Below, piece after piece: positions 52,209-64,000 of a DNA stretch of 64,000 nt; position 1 is the stretch's first letter; each line of letters begins with the position of its first letter. The translations under genes and the position numbers were made by a program. Source of the DNA: Eledone cirrhosa. Lineage: Eukaryota. Under the pieces are notes generated by a model. It ran no database searches. It saw nothing but the letters and a program-made list of their open reading frames with translations, and was not told where the DNA came from. The stretch covers positions 133,424,001-133,488,000 of the forward strand of contig OZ024741.1 in the NCBI GenBank assembly GCA_964016885.1, read 5' to 3'.

Positions 52209-53753
52209 GGATTGAAACTCAGAGCACAGAGAGTCAGAACAAATGTCCACAAATCATTCTAGCCAATGTATTAATGACTGCCAGTTAGTCACTCTCTGTA
52301 AACAGAAATAGGCCCCAAAGTCCTAAATAACAGCCGCTGACCAACCCATTCCAACATTCATTGAGCAGATCTATGTCACAGGTATTCCACCTATGAACAT
52401 TCCAACATTTATTTATTGAGCAGGCATAACTATATCAAAGCTATTCCATCCATAACCATCCCACCTATTTTTCTTTCTCTGTGTTTCTTCAATGGGTTTT
52501 GATACCCATTTCCCGCAAAAAAAAGGCTCTGGATCTATGAAAACAAAACCAAGCATTTTAAAGGATTCCTATTTAAATTTAAATATTTCAACAATTTTAT
52601 ATAAGAACCCTATGTTAAGTTACTGTCTTAGTCATGAAATAATTAATAATTTTAGTAAATCCCTCAAAATTCTTCATTAATTAATTGAAATAGAGTGTAT
52701 TTCTCATTCAAAAATAGAGTCATAAATGTGTTAAAAAAGTAAGATGTAATTTGTGGGAGATTTGGCTGCTATTTCTAGCTAGTCACTTTGCTATCTAGAT
52801 GATCCTTCATTAAAAGTTTGTACTTAGCTCTTGTTTCATATCATTAAGTGAATGGGATGGGATATAAGTCTTTCCCTAGGTATGACATCAGTCTATCACA
52901 TATAATATTTCCAGAAGCTTCCTGATAACCAGGTGAACTGAGACAATGTAGATTTAAGCATTTGGGTTGTACAGTGAAGCTGCATGGCCTAATGGTTACG
53001 ATGCTTGATGTAGTATCGTAGTATTGTCAGTTCGATTTCTGGAGAGGCTGATGCATTGTGTTCTTGAGTAAAACACTTTATTTCATGTTTCTTTAGTTCA
53101 CTCAGCTGAGAGTGAGTACCAGTAGTAGCTGGGGAGTTAACCTGCAATAGACTGGCATCCTGTCCAGGGGAGTCATATACTCTCAGTCACTTCACACCAA
53201 GGAAACCAGGGATAAATGCTGGCCTGATGAGCCTTTGTCTTAGAACAGTTGTACAGGTTGTCATACCTTGAGACTGGATAAATAAGAGAAGCTCATCTCA
53301 CTCATGTTCTATTTTTGGCATGGTTTTTGATGACTGAAACCTTTCTCTAATGCCAGCCACTTTATAGAGTATACTGGGTAATTTTTATTGTGACCTGTAC
53401 TAGACAGATTGCTATGTCCTCAGCAGCAGTTAAACAAGGTCCTCTCAACCCTATGTGGTCTCTGTTCAGTCACTACCACTTTACAGAGTGTACTGGGCGA
53501 TTTTTATTGTAAGACTAGAACTTTACAGAGTGACACCAGTCCTAGAGAGGTTGTTATGTTCTCAGCAAAACTTAAAAGGGGTGAGATCCCTTCAAACCTA
53601 CTTAGTCTCAGTTCAGCCACAAGCTCTTTACAGTGTATACTGGGTGTTTTTTTTTGTTATCATGACACCAGCTTTGGAACTCATAGAACTAAAAAGAACT
53701 CAAAGAAATACACAAAAAAAAAATGATTGTGGTTCTTACAACTTTAATTGTAG

Positions 53754-53836
53754 GAACTTAAAAACAATAAATGGAGAGAAAATTCTGGATGTTATAAAAC
53801 CTGTTGAGGATGTTAAAGCTTCAAAAGGACAAATAG
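53754..53836 (+). CDS. BBS5: BBS5-like coding exon 2 (NLKTINGEKILDVIKPVEDVKASKGQI-G)
   Basis: TAG| ... |GTAAGT; 83 nt; frame continuous with exons 1 and 3. Confidence 0.85.
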
Positions 53837-54930
53837 GTAAGTTTTCCGCCATAAAAAAGGTAAAACGCCCATAACTCCTCATGGCATGATGTGCATTTTA
53901 AGCCCAACAAAGCTCATCTCTCTTTAGGTCAGAACACAGGTAATTTCTTCCACAGAGAGAGGGAGAGAGAAAGAGCGAGCGAGCAAGAGAGAGAGAGAGA
54001 GACAGAAGGCATGTGTCATTGAGTAAAACACTTTATTTCATGTGGCTTTGGTCCACTCAGCTGGCAAAAATGTATTGTAACTGTAATTTAAAGGGCCAAC
54101 TTTGTCAAATACTGTGTCACACTGAATAACCCTGAGAACTACAATAAGGGTATATGTGTCTGGGAAATGCTCAGCCACTTACACATTAATTTCGTGAGTA
54201 GGCTGTTCTGTTGTTAGAACAATTGGAACACTCATCATGGGGACCAACCCAACAGAGGTCTAACACAAACAATGTGTGTGTGTATAATATCAACAGGGGT
54301 TACATTACTGTATCACATATGGCCACAGTTTCAGTTAGTCAAGCCTTTTGGTTGACTGCATGTCAACAGGTTGAAAATAAATTATTATTGGTGGTGTAAG
54401 CAGTGTAAATCACAGAAGTCAGCTATCATATATGATGTATTAGGGAGCTGATGGTTAATTGGTATATGCTTGATGTAAATATTGCCCAACGAGCCAGTTT
54501 TCCTTAATCTTTTCATTACTATATTTCTAAAGAAAGTCACTGTTGGTAATTTTCAAATTATTTTGCAAATTCTTTTCTTCCTAAAAAAACTTTATTTCAA
54601 AATACTCAAATATATTCCTAGGATAAAGTTGCATAAAAATAATAAAGAATTTAACATCTTGTCAAACATAGAAAAAGAAAGTTGCATTGGAAAAGACTAT
54701 AAATGCCATAAATGAGAGGAAAAGAAGGGAAAGATCAAGGATTGTTAGGCAACGAAAGAAAGAAAGGGGGAAGGGGAGAGGGTGACAGACTCTACACTTA
54801 ATTTTGCAAATTATAAAGAATTTGGAAGGATTTATTAATATATCTATTTTTTTAAATTAATCTGGTCTTTAAAACAGAACTTAACAAAGGTTTTTAAATA
54901 AAATTATGATGAAAAGTTTTTAGATAAATA

Positions 54931-55046
54931 CAGGCTAGCCCAAAAGTCACTAAACCCTTTTAAAATGTAATAACATTTTTACAAGTAATTTTTAATAAAA
55001 GGGTTATTATATTTTGAAATGGTCTAGTGGTTTTTGGGCCACCCTG
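54931..55046. mobile_element. Tc1/mariner-type MITE
   Basis: TA|CAGGCTAGCCCAAAAGTCACTAAACC ... GGTCTAGTGGTTTTTGGGCCACCCTG|TA. Confidence 0.7.
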
Positions 55047-55895
55047 TATAATGACTTTAAAACAGTTTTATATCATAGAATCAGGGGCAGTTTGTTATCT
55101 AAAGTGACAAGGTAACGAGTAGTGGATGTGATGGGGGAGGATATCCGGCATTGTGTGATAACAGCTACTATTACTGGTGTGTTAGGATTTAGAAGATGGG
55201 TAGGTGATTACCCTGTGTAGAGTGTGGTTGTTATGATTTAGGGGGGGGGGGGGTCGAAGTAACCCCTGGATAGAGTAATGGTGGGGGTATACAGTGATGC
55301 TGGAAATAGTTACTACTAGGGTGGGGTTGAATGGGCAGTAATAGTGAGGATAGCTGATAAATGGGTGATAGTGGATGATACTTTGTTTAGTTATGTTCCA
55401 AATACTACATTTATAATGAGAAAGTTAATCATATTAAATCTCTCTGAGCTATTGATTATTTTCAAAGTTAATTGAAAATCATCGGCTGTTGCCAGGCCAA
55501 AGAAGGCAGATGGGTTTGGGATTGAGCCTGTAGCAGTGGAAACTTCTGGTATTCTTGGCCCCTGGACCATATCCCTGCTCATTGTTATCAGAGTGGAGTT
55601 GGCTACATGCAAGTGTGAACGGCTGTTCCAGTGTGTCTCCCTCACGATCCTCCAGGTCAATGTCTTCTCCATTCTGTCTGCCAGGACCATGAGGCAGACT
55701 GACCCTTAACTGGCATTGATAGATTTGAAGACAGTTAAACCAATGTTGTTATATAATATACATAGTTTGGATGTTTTGGCAAAGCGAGCTCAACGAATGA
55801 GTAGTTGGCTTTGTTGAAATATTATATCCATGTAAGGTAATAAAAGGGGTAAAATACTTTGTCTTTGTTTCTTAGATCTTTCTTTAATTCTACAG

Positions 55896-55961
55896 GGTAC
55901 TTTATAATAACGAACCTCAGGATATTATGGCACGTTCAACATAAACCATCTGACAATATAT
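55896..55961 (+). CDS. BBS5: BBS5-like coding exon 3 (YFIITNLRILWHVQHKPSDNI-S)
   Basis: CAG| ... |GTAAGT; 66 nt; TNLRILWH signature of the first BBS5 PH-like domain. Confidence 0.9.
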
Positions 55962-58403
55962 GTAAGTATAGAGAATAATGATTTTTAACTTTAGTCATTA
56001 GGGCTGAAACATAAACATGGCATGGAGTGACTGAGAGTACAAGACTTTCCCTTGGATATGATGCCATTCTATTGCGGGGTTAAACCCCCAGCTACTGCTG
56101 GTACTCAATTTCAGCTGAGTATACTGGAGCAACATGAAACAAAAGGGTTTTGATCAAGAACACAACACACAACCCAGTCCAGGAATTAAACCACACTTAC
56201 AGGCCCATATGCCACCACATAAAAGACAACACAAAAACAGTGGGAATTTACATAAAATGTGTATAAAAGTTAACATAGAATAATGATTTATAACTTTGGC
56301 ATACATTTTAAGGTAGGAATAGTTGATTAAACTTACTCTAGTACTTGATTGTTGCTTATTTTATTGAGCTTAGAAAGATAAGAAGTAGAGTTGATCTTAG
56401 AGGGTCATAAACTCAGATCATATAAGGTATTTTGTCTGATGCTTTATGGATTTTGGTATCCAATGCCCTTATGATAATAATGGTTTCTGATTTAGGCACA
56501 AGGCCAACAATTATGGGGGAAGGGAAAGTCGATTATCTTGACCCCGGTTCTTGACTAGTACTTTATTTTATCGACTCTGTAAGGATGAGAGGCAAAGCTA
56601 ACCTCAGCAGGATTTGAAGTCAGAACGTAATGTGATGTAACTCTATGCTGTCCGACTTTCTACTGATACTGCCAATTCAATTATATTAATAATAATAATA
56701 ATAATAATTGTTTCTACTTTTTGGCACAAGGCCAGCAATTACCCCAGTGCATTACTGGTGTTTTATTTTATCAACCCCATAAAGATGAAAGGCAAAGTTA
56801 ACCTTGGCGAGATAGGCACAAGGCCAGCAATTTGGGGGGAGGGGAAAGTTGACCCCAGTGCATTACTGGTGCTTTATTTTATTGACCCTGCAAGGACGAA
56901 AGACAAAACTAACTTTGGCAGGATTAAACCCCAGAAGGTAAAGGGCCGTAACTCTATGCTACAAAACATATCTGACATTCTACTGATACAGCCAATCCAC
57001 ACCCTAATAATAATAATAATAATAAAGCAGGCCACATTGGTTAATGTGCTCCTTGATGCACTCTGTCTAAGAAAAAGATGACCTAGTCATGGCTAGAATG
57101 CCTCGGAACATAGATCTGTTCAACCAGGTTGGACCTGGGGTTAAACAACAATGACAACTAATCCTGATATGGTGAGGAGGAGGAGGAGGATAATGAATAT
57201 GAAGCTTAAAATATTACTTTTATTGTTGGTTGTTGTTATTATTTGGCCCCATACTACCCTTGATCATGCAGATCTATGATCAAAGGCATTCCAATCTTGA
57301 CCATATGAAGTACAGTGAAAATAGAAAAACATTATCAAATCTACCCTTCTATCCTAAGATAATAGGATGTGATTTGAGGGAAGTAGATTTATTTCAAAAC
57401 TGAATGTACCGTTACTCACAGTCTCCTTGAAGATATAGTGAAATGATTTAAAGAAATGTTATTTCAATACTGAACATAGCATTATCTAAGGTTCCTTTGA
57501 AAATAGAGTGAAGGGATTTGAGTGCCAGGTTTGACTGACTCTGCCTGACAGTACCTGAAATGGGCCCCTATCCACAGTTATGGAACTCATGTACACCTAA
57601 CTTTGAAATACTAGTTTAGTTTTTGGCATGTGTCGAGAAGGGAAGAGAGATGGACTGCGAGGCTAGTCACTTTACCTCCACTAAGCAAAATTGCTACATG
57701 CTATGATGAGCAGGTGCCTGGTTTGGCCTTGGAGCAGGCCTGTGATAAAGCTTGCAACCACAGAGAATGGATGAACAGATGCCTTGGAGCAGGCCTGTGA
57801 CAAGACTTGCAACCATGCAGAATAGAGATATCTTATTGCTCAATGTTCCATAGAGAACAAAAGGAAAAATATTTGATAGATAATTCTGGCAGGTTGAGCA
57901 GCCATGTTGAAGTCCTTTGCTAGTACATTGATTGTTGCTTTTGCTGGTGTCATTAATGCTATCACTAATAGTATGAAATGGAATTCAGCACACAATACTT
58001 GACATAAAACGACACACCCACATGCATATACATGCAACCTAAACAACAATTTATACAAGAAAATTAATTCCATGAAATATTACATCTGTAATTGACGTCA
58101 TCCTCCAGCTTCTCGTGAATACTAAAGCAAACATCAAACAACGCTTGAAAGCGGTTTATAAAATTTAAATCTAAATCTAATTTCAAAGAGAAGAGACCAG
58201 AACATTTTTCTCTGAGAGTTCCTTATACTATGACAAAGGGAATTTTAAGTCCTGAAATATTAGGGTGAAAGAAACAACAATAAAAAAACAAAGATTACTA
58301 GGTAAATAACTTTTTCATTGCCTTCATCTTACCGACTATTTTGCATTGTTTAGCCTTATTACATATATCATTTTCCACATTATATATATTTTATCATTTC
58401 TAG

Positions 58404-58453
58404 CCATTGGTTTCAAGTGTATTATGAAATTAGAAACATCAACAAGATGTTCA
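58404..58453 (+). CDS. BBS5: BBS5-like coding exon 4 (IGFKCIMKLETSTRCS)
   Basis: TAG| ... |GTGAGT; 50 nt; aligns to VGYNCILNITTRTANS. Confidence 0.85.
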
Positions 58454-58861
58454 GTGAGTGAAAATGCTTTTTTTTTCTTAATTTTATATTCGGCATTTTG
58501 AAAAAATGCTATATACCCTTAAACTATATTTTATCATGAACAGGTCATGTAGAATCACTTTTATGGTTTTGTGGAGACTGCTCAGAAACTCTATGGTGCT
58601 ATTTGTTCCAATGTAGAAACTATCAACCCCAGTACTTAAATGGTACCTGTAGGGATGAAAGGCAAAGCTGACCTCAGAGGGATTTGCAACATTCAATCCT
58701 TCCATGAGAAAAATTAAATAACAATTTTGTATCGTTACAAATTTCCTGCTCCCCACCACACAGCCACTATCACCACCACGACAATCACTACCACCACCAC
58801 CACACTTTGTCTCAGATGTGACACTTATTCTCTTTATTTGTTCCTTTTCACATCTAACCAG

Positions 58862-58939
58862 GTACATTTTGCAGCCTCGGAATCCTTGATAATTAATGTT
58901 AAAGACAAGAACCGCTTTGAGTTTGTCTTCACAACCAAA
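58862..58939 (+). CDS. BBS5: BBS5-like coding exon 5 (VHFAASESLIINVKDKNRFEFVFTTK)
   Basis: CAG| ... |GTAAGT; RFEF.FT motif. Confidence 0.85.
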
Positions 58940-59421
58940 GTAAGTTATATATCATATCTTTACAACCAACGTCCTAAGTTATATATTATATCTTTACAAC
59001 CAACATAAGTTATATGTCATATCTTTACAACCAATGTAAGTTATATATCATATTTTTACAACCACTGTTATAAGTTATATGTCATATTTTTACAACCAAT
59101 GTAAGTTATATGTCATATCTTTACAACTAACATAAGTTATCTTATATCTTAACAATCAATGTAAGTTATACATCATATTTTTACAATCAATGTTATAAGT
59201 TGTATATCATATCTTTACAACTAACATAAGTTATATATCATATCTTTACAACCAACATAACTTATATGTCATATCTTTACAACCAGTATAAATTATGTGT
59301 CATATCTTTACAACCATTGTAAGTTATATATAATATCTTTACAACCAACGTTTAAGTTATATATTATATCTTTACAACCAACGTAAGTTATATATAATAT
59401 CTTTACAACCAATGTAAGTTA
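58931..59421. repeat. ~31-33-bp minisatellite whose first unit spans the exon 5 donor site
   Basis: Unit ACAACCAA(T/C)GTAAGTTATATATCATATCTTT, ~15 copies. Confidence 0.9.
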
Positions 59422-59899
59422 TCTCTCATGTGTCATATCTTGTGCCTTGTTATCTTTGTGGATGCAAGCAAGGACAAATGGTTAAGAAGTTCACCTCGCA
59501 ATCATTAGGTCTTGGGTTCAATGCCAATGCATAGCATCTTGGTCAATTGTCATTTACTATAGCTGTGGGTCAACCCATGCCTTGTAACTGAAACTGGGTC
59601 GATGGAAACTGTTTGGAAGCTTGTCAGATAGACTATGTCTGTAATCCAACTTATCACACACTGCATTATGCTTAATTTCCTTTTGGGTACATGTGTTTGT
59701 GGAAGTTAAAGGAACATGGTATGTGGAAGGAAGCTATGCTGAATAAGACCTATTTAAACCAAACAAGCATGGAACAGTATACGTAAAATGATGATGATGA
59801 TGATGAAGATGATTCAATATTTTAAATTCAAAACAAAAAAAATGGAGTTATTAAATATTGAAACTCTTTTATAACTTTTAGTTTACCCTGTATTTGTAG

Positions 59900-59946
59900 C
59901 GAACCAAGTTTTCTCGGATGGTGTCAAGTGTGCATGCAGTACACAG
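59900..59946 (+). CDS. BBS5: BBS5-like coding exon 6 (RTKFSRMVSSVHAVH-R)
   Basis: TAG| ... AG|GTCTGT; aligns to PRLFTSVMAVHR; restores the frame to exon 7. Confidence 0.8.
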
Positions 59947-60243
59947 GTCTGTATACCTTTGTTTATTTTGCTGTTTTAACTAAACATGAGTCAATAGAGT
60001 GTCAAGCTATTAGCAGAAGGTTCATTAGTATATAGTCCATACCATCACCAGGTCCATATTGCACTATATGCAAATCATATAATTCATGCTAGTTTATTTC
60101 ACTTAGTTACAGAGATAGCCAAGGCTGGACTTTGACCTGTTGAGGCCCTAAGCTATATGAAATTTAAAGCCCTTCTCTAAAAATATGTGGGAAAAAAAAT
60201 TTACATTTTTAATATCAATGTTAATGATAAAGAATACATAATT

Positions 60244-61165
60244 TATCTGGTGGACTCTCAGAAAACTAGGGGTAGATGAGTGGCTTGCAGGGACAGTACA
60301 AGCTATGTATAGAGGAACAGTCAGCAAACTTAGAATCAATAACGATTATAGTGAAGAATTTAGCATGCAGGTAGGAGTCCATCAGGACTCCATTCTTAAC
60401 TCTCTCCTATTTAACATCATCCTGCAGGCTATAACAGAAGAGTTTAAGACTGGCTGCCCATGGGAACTTCTTTATGCAGATGACTTAATCCTTATAGCTG
60501 AATCTATGGCAGAACTAGAGAAGAAATTCCAAATCTGGAAGCAAGGCCCAGAATCAAAAGGTCTTACAGTCAACTTGGGAAATACCAAAGTCCTAGTATG
60601 TAGAATGGAAAACAGAGCCTAGATTCCTTCAAGGAAATGGCCTTGCTCAGTGTGCAGGAAAGGAGTAGGTAGAAATTCTATCCTATGCTCCAAATACAAA
60701 CTATGGGTACACAAGAGATGTAGTGGGATTTCAAGTAGGCTAGTTAAGAATGCTGTCGTGGGTTCAATTCCTGGGTTGCGTGTTGTGTTCTTGAACAAAA
60801 CACTTCATTTCACGTTGCTCCAGTATACTCAGCTGAAAATGAGTACCAACACTAGCTGGGGGGGGGGGGGGGGGTTAACCCTGTGATGGACTGGCGTCCT
60901 GTACTCTCAGTCGATTCATGCCATGAAACTGGGATAAGCATTGGCCTGATGAGCCTTCTGGCTTAAGACAAACTTTAGACTTAGAGTTAAGAATGCAGAT
61001 TTTATATGTGGTCATTGCACAGGTGCAGTAAGTAGCAAGAGCCCACAGGATACTAGCTCTTTTGAATGCCTGGAGGGCTCAGTCGAAGTAGTTGATAGTT
61101 TCTGTTATCTAGGTAACCAAATTAGCAGTGGAGGTGGGTGTTTCGTAAGTGCATTAGCTAAGTGT
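60244..61165 (+). mobile_element. RTE LINE fragment interrupted by a SINE (60754-60984, 12-bp TSD AGTTAAGAATGC)
   Basis: ORFs 60305-60622, 60650-60886; TSD at 60742-60753 and 60985-60996. Confidence 0.85.
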
Positions 61166-61234
61166 CAATATCTATGTATTTCTAATGTTTGGAACAAAAG
61201 GATTGATTGATAAAGTACACTGTTTCACCACCAG

Positions 61235-61370
61235 GGCCTTCTCATCATCTTTCTTATACCGAGACCTCAAAGTAAGGACTGTTTTAATGCAAGACTGTGA
61301 ACTGATCCTTCTCACAAAAGAAGAAATTTGTGATAAGGTTAATGGGGTCTGGAATCTATGTTGTAATCAG
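61235..61370 (+). CDS. BBS5: BBS5-like coding exon 7 (AFSSSFLYRDLKVRTVLMQDCELILLTKEEICDKVNGVWNLCCNQ)
   Basis: CAG| ... CAG|GTAATT; 136 nt; YRD.K.R and NGVWNL motifs. Confidence 0.9.
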
Positions 61371-61949
61371 GTAATTTATACTCCATTTCTATACTCTGAC
61401 TACATCATGCATGGATGAGTTACTAGGATATTGTTCAATCAGTTGAGGGGTAGGTGAGAAAAGGGAGCCTCCATGTGGTTTCCCAAAGGAGCAAAACTGC
61501 CCTCAAATCACATCCTACCTTTGTAAAAGAGAAATTACACAGAGAGTGTAGTAATAATGACTGTATGTAGGAGAGTGATGGATTGGCAGAATTGTTAGAG
61601 CATTGGACAAAATGCTTTGCAAGCATTTAGTTACGACCTTTTACATTTTGAGTTCAAATCCTACCAAGGTCAACCTTACCTTTCATCCTTTTGGAGTCAA
61701 TAAAATAAAGTACCATTTACATACTGAAGTCAAAATAATTGACCCCCTCCCCCCAAAAAAATTGTTGGCCTTTATCTTATTAAATCCTTCTAAGTTCAAT
61801 AAGATAAAGCATCAGTCAAGCACAAAGATCGGTGTAATTAACGTTTTCTTTCTTCTCTCTTAATTTCTGACTGTGTGCCTATACTAGAAATGACTAATAC
61901 TGTTGTTATAGTTTTCATCATTGTCATGGTTTTTTTTGTTTATTTTCAG

Positions 61950-62045
61950 GGAAACCTTGGTCTCCTTTATATCACCAACATTCGAGTAGTTTGGAATGCA
62001 GAGACCAACAACAGTTTCAATATCAGTATTCCCTATTTGGAGATG
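61950..62045 (+). CDS. BBS5: BBS5-like coding exon 8 (GNLGLLYITNIRVVWNAETNNSFNISIPYLEM); gene continues beyond window
   Basis: CAG| ... |GTATGT; 96 nt; GNLG..ITN.R.VW and FN.SIPYL motifs. Confidence 0.92.
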
Positions 62046-62204
62046 GTATGTAGTATTAAGGTTAAAGTTAATAAAAAAAGCAAAGGATCCTTAACTCCTG
62101 ATAGAGTCATAGAGGTGCTGTCCTGAGGCACAACATGTCATGGGCATTTTAAACCTGGTGGAGCCCATCCCTCTCCAAGTTGGACCACAACCAATTTTTT
62201 CGAA

Positions 62205-62243
<39 letters not shown>

Positions 62244-62289
62244 CAGTACTGGTACTTTTTTTATCAACCTCGAAAGGATGAAAGGCAGA

Positions 62290-62730
62290 GTGTGCAAGAG
62301 GTAAGATGGAAAGGAGCTTCAACCAGACACCTAACAGACAAAAACCATGTATATTAAGTTCTGGGTGGGTAGCAGTGACTGTAGGTGGGGGTAAGAAAGC
62401 TGCTGGCAGAGGAATGGGTAGATAAGGTAATTGATGTAGTCAGGGTGAATAATAGGATAATTAAGCTTAGGTTAACCCTGGGCAATGCAACAGCTACAAT
62501 AATCTCTATTTATACTCCACAAACTGGGCTTGCAGATGAACAGAAGGGCTATTTCTATGAGAAATTTCTGCAGACTACCTCGAAGACATCCTTATTGCAG
62601 TTGGCCATGTTGGGAAACACTACAACAGCTTCTATGGAATACATGGACGATATGGGTATGGTACAAGAAATGAGAGGGGGGATCAAAGCTTCTGGAGCTC
62701 TGCGATGCTCTCAATCTAAACATCTGCAAT
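62290..62730 (+). mobile_element. Degenerate RTE APE-endonuclease fragment
   Basis: LLAEEWVDKVIDVVRVNNRIIKLRL...ISIYTPQTGL, homologous to 38184-38690. Confidence 0.8.
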
Positions 62731-63009
62731 AAGAACATTCTCTCCTGCCCCCTTCCTTTCTTATATTTGCTGACTCATGTTCAACTGCAGTCCCTAATTT
62801 CTGGCCCCTTCTAAATCTTTCTTTCATCCCCCAGCACTGAAAGCAATATAACCTGTCTTATCTATTCAATTACCAACACATATATCCTTTTGGATGAAAA
62901 TCTATAATAATTTTCTCCTTCCTGCATTAACAAATTGCACAACTTACATTGAACTCTCTCGTGTTTTCTTCCAGTCATAAGACTTTTGGATATTTGTTTT
63001 TGTACTCAT

Positions 63010-64000
63010 TTCAAACATGCAAGTATGGCCTAGAATCAAAAGACCTTAAAGTTAACTTGTCTAAGACAAGTTCTAGTATGTAGAAAGGAAAATAGGGCAC
63101 AGGTGCCCTCTGGGAAATGGCCATGCTCAGTGTGTAGGAAAGGAGTAGGTAGAAATTCCATTTTATGTCCCAAATGCAAACTATGGGTACATGAAAGATG
63201 TAGTGGGATCACAGGTAAGCTATCTAAGAACGTAGATTTTATATGTGGCCAATGCTCAGGTGCAATAAGTAACAAATGCCCACAAGATACTAGTTCCTTC
63301 TATTGCCCAGATGGTTCTATAGAAATAGTGGACACTTTCCGTTACCTGGGTGACAAAATCAGCAGTGGTGGAGGGTGCCCTGAAAGTACAGTAGTCAGAA
63401 CGGGATGGAAAAAGTTCACAGAGCTTATACTGCTGTTGGCCACAAAAGGTTTCTCTCTAAAATGAAAGGCAGATTGTATGATGCCTGTATACGAACAGCA
63501 ATGCTACATGGCAGTGAGACATGGGCATTGTGTGCAGAGGATCTGTGCAGATTGGAAAGGAACGAAGCATGCATGCTCCGTTGGATGTGTGATAGTAATA
63601 TACATGAATGGCAAAGCATAAATGAACTAAGTGAGAAATTAGGAATAAGAGGGATCAGATGCTGTTTACTTGAGAGAAGACTACGTTGGTATGGCCACGT
63701 GATGTGCATGAAAGATGACAGCTGTATAAAAAAGTGCAGGGCGATCAAAATTGATGGAAGTCACAGAGTAGGCAGACCCAGAAAAACCTGGGACGATTTG
63801 ATAAATTCCGACCTTGCACACTTGCACCTCTCTAAGACAATGTCACTGGACTGAGATCTTTGGCGCCACGCAGTAATACAGAAGACCTGCCTTACCTATG
63901 TACAAAGCGAAACCTACAGTCAGTAGGCACCTCTTAATCAAATATACACCCCAACCCACTAGCCCTACTCCCACTCCCACCAACACCACCCTTTCTCTGT
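63010..64000 (+). mobile_element. RTE LINE 3' portion (PHD-finger family), runs off the right edge
   Basis: ORFs 63103-63465, 63405-63854. Confidence 0.9.

Noticed and set aside
60940-60970. CTGATGAGCC..GGC in SINE tail (also ~53222)
   Set aside because: Not followed by GAAA/stem III; part of the SINE 3' region

Overview
AT-rich, microsatellite-laden eukaryotic (metazoan) genomic DNA. The SINE/LINE complement and (TA)n/(CAT)n richness look like an octopus/coleoid cephalopod genome; this is inference. Most short ORFs in the track are microsatellite artefacts. Two host genes are supported: (i) a class-A GPCR with an uninterrupted coding region (31144-32007, +), and (ii) the first eight coding exons of a strongly diverged BBS5-like gene (44141-62045, +; continues beyond the window). 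The rest is mobile DNA: about ten RTE-clade LINE copies or fragments, CR1 and Tx1/L1-like fragments, a Penelope-like GIY-YIG fragment, a TIR-bounded hAT derivative, MITEs, several tRNA-derived SINE families and three minisatellites. One RTE copy is near full length. One RTE family carries a PHD-type C4HC3 finger inside the RT region and another has C2H2 fingers. The least-annotated signal is a set of about ten minimal type-I hammerhead ribozyme motifs from several sequence families. They lie in palindromes, in the Penelope-like 3' region, and in non-coding ~420-570 bp units with terminal direct repeats (retrozyme-like). All structures were read by eye and are not computationally validated.
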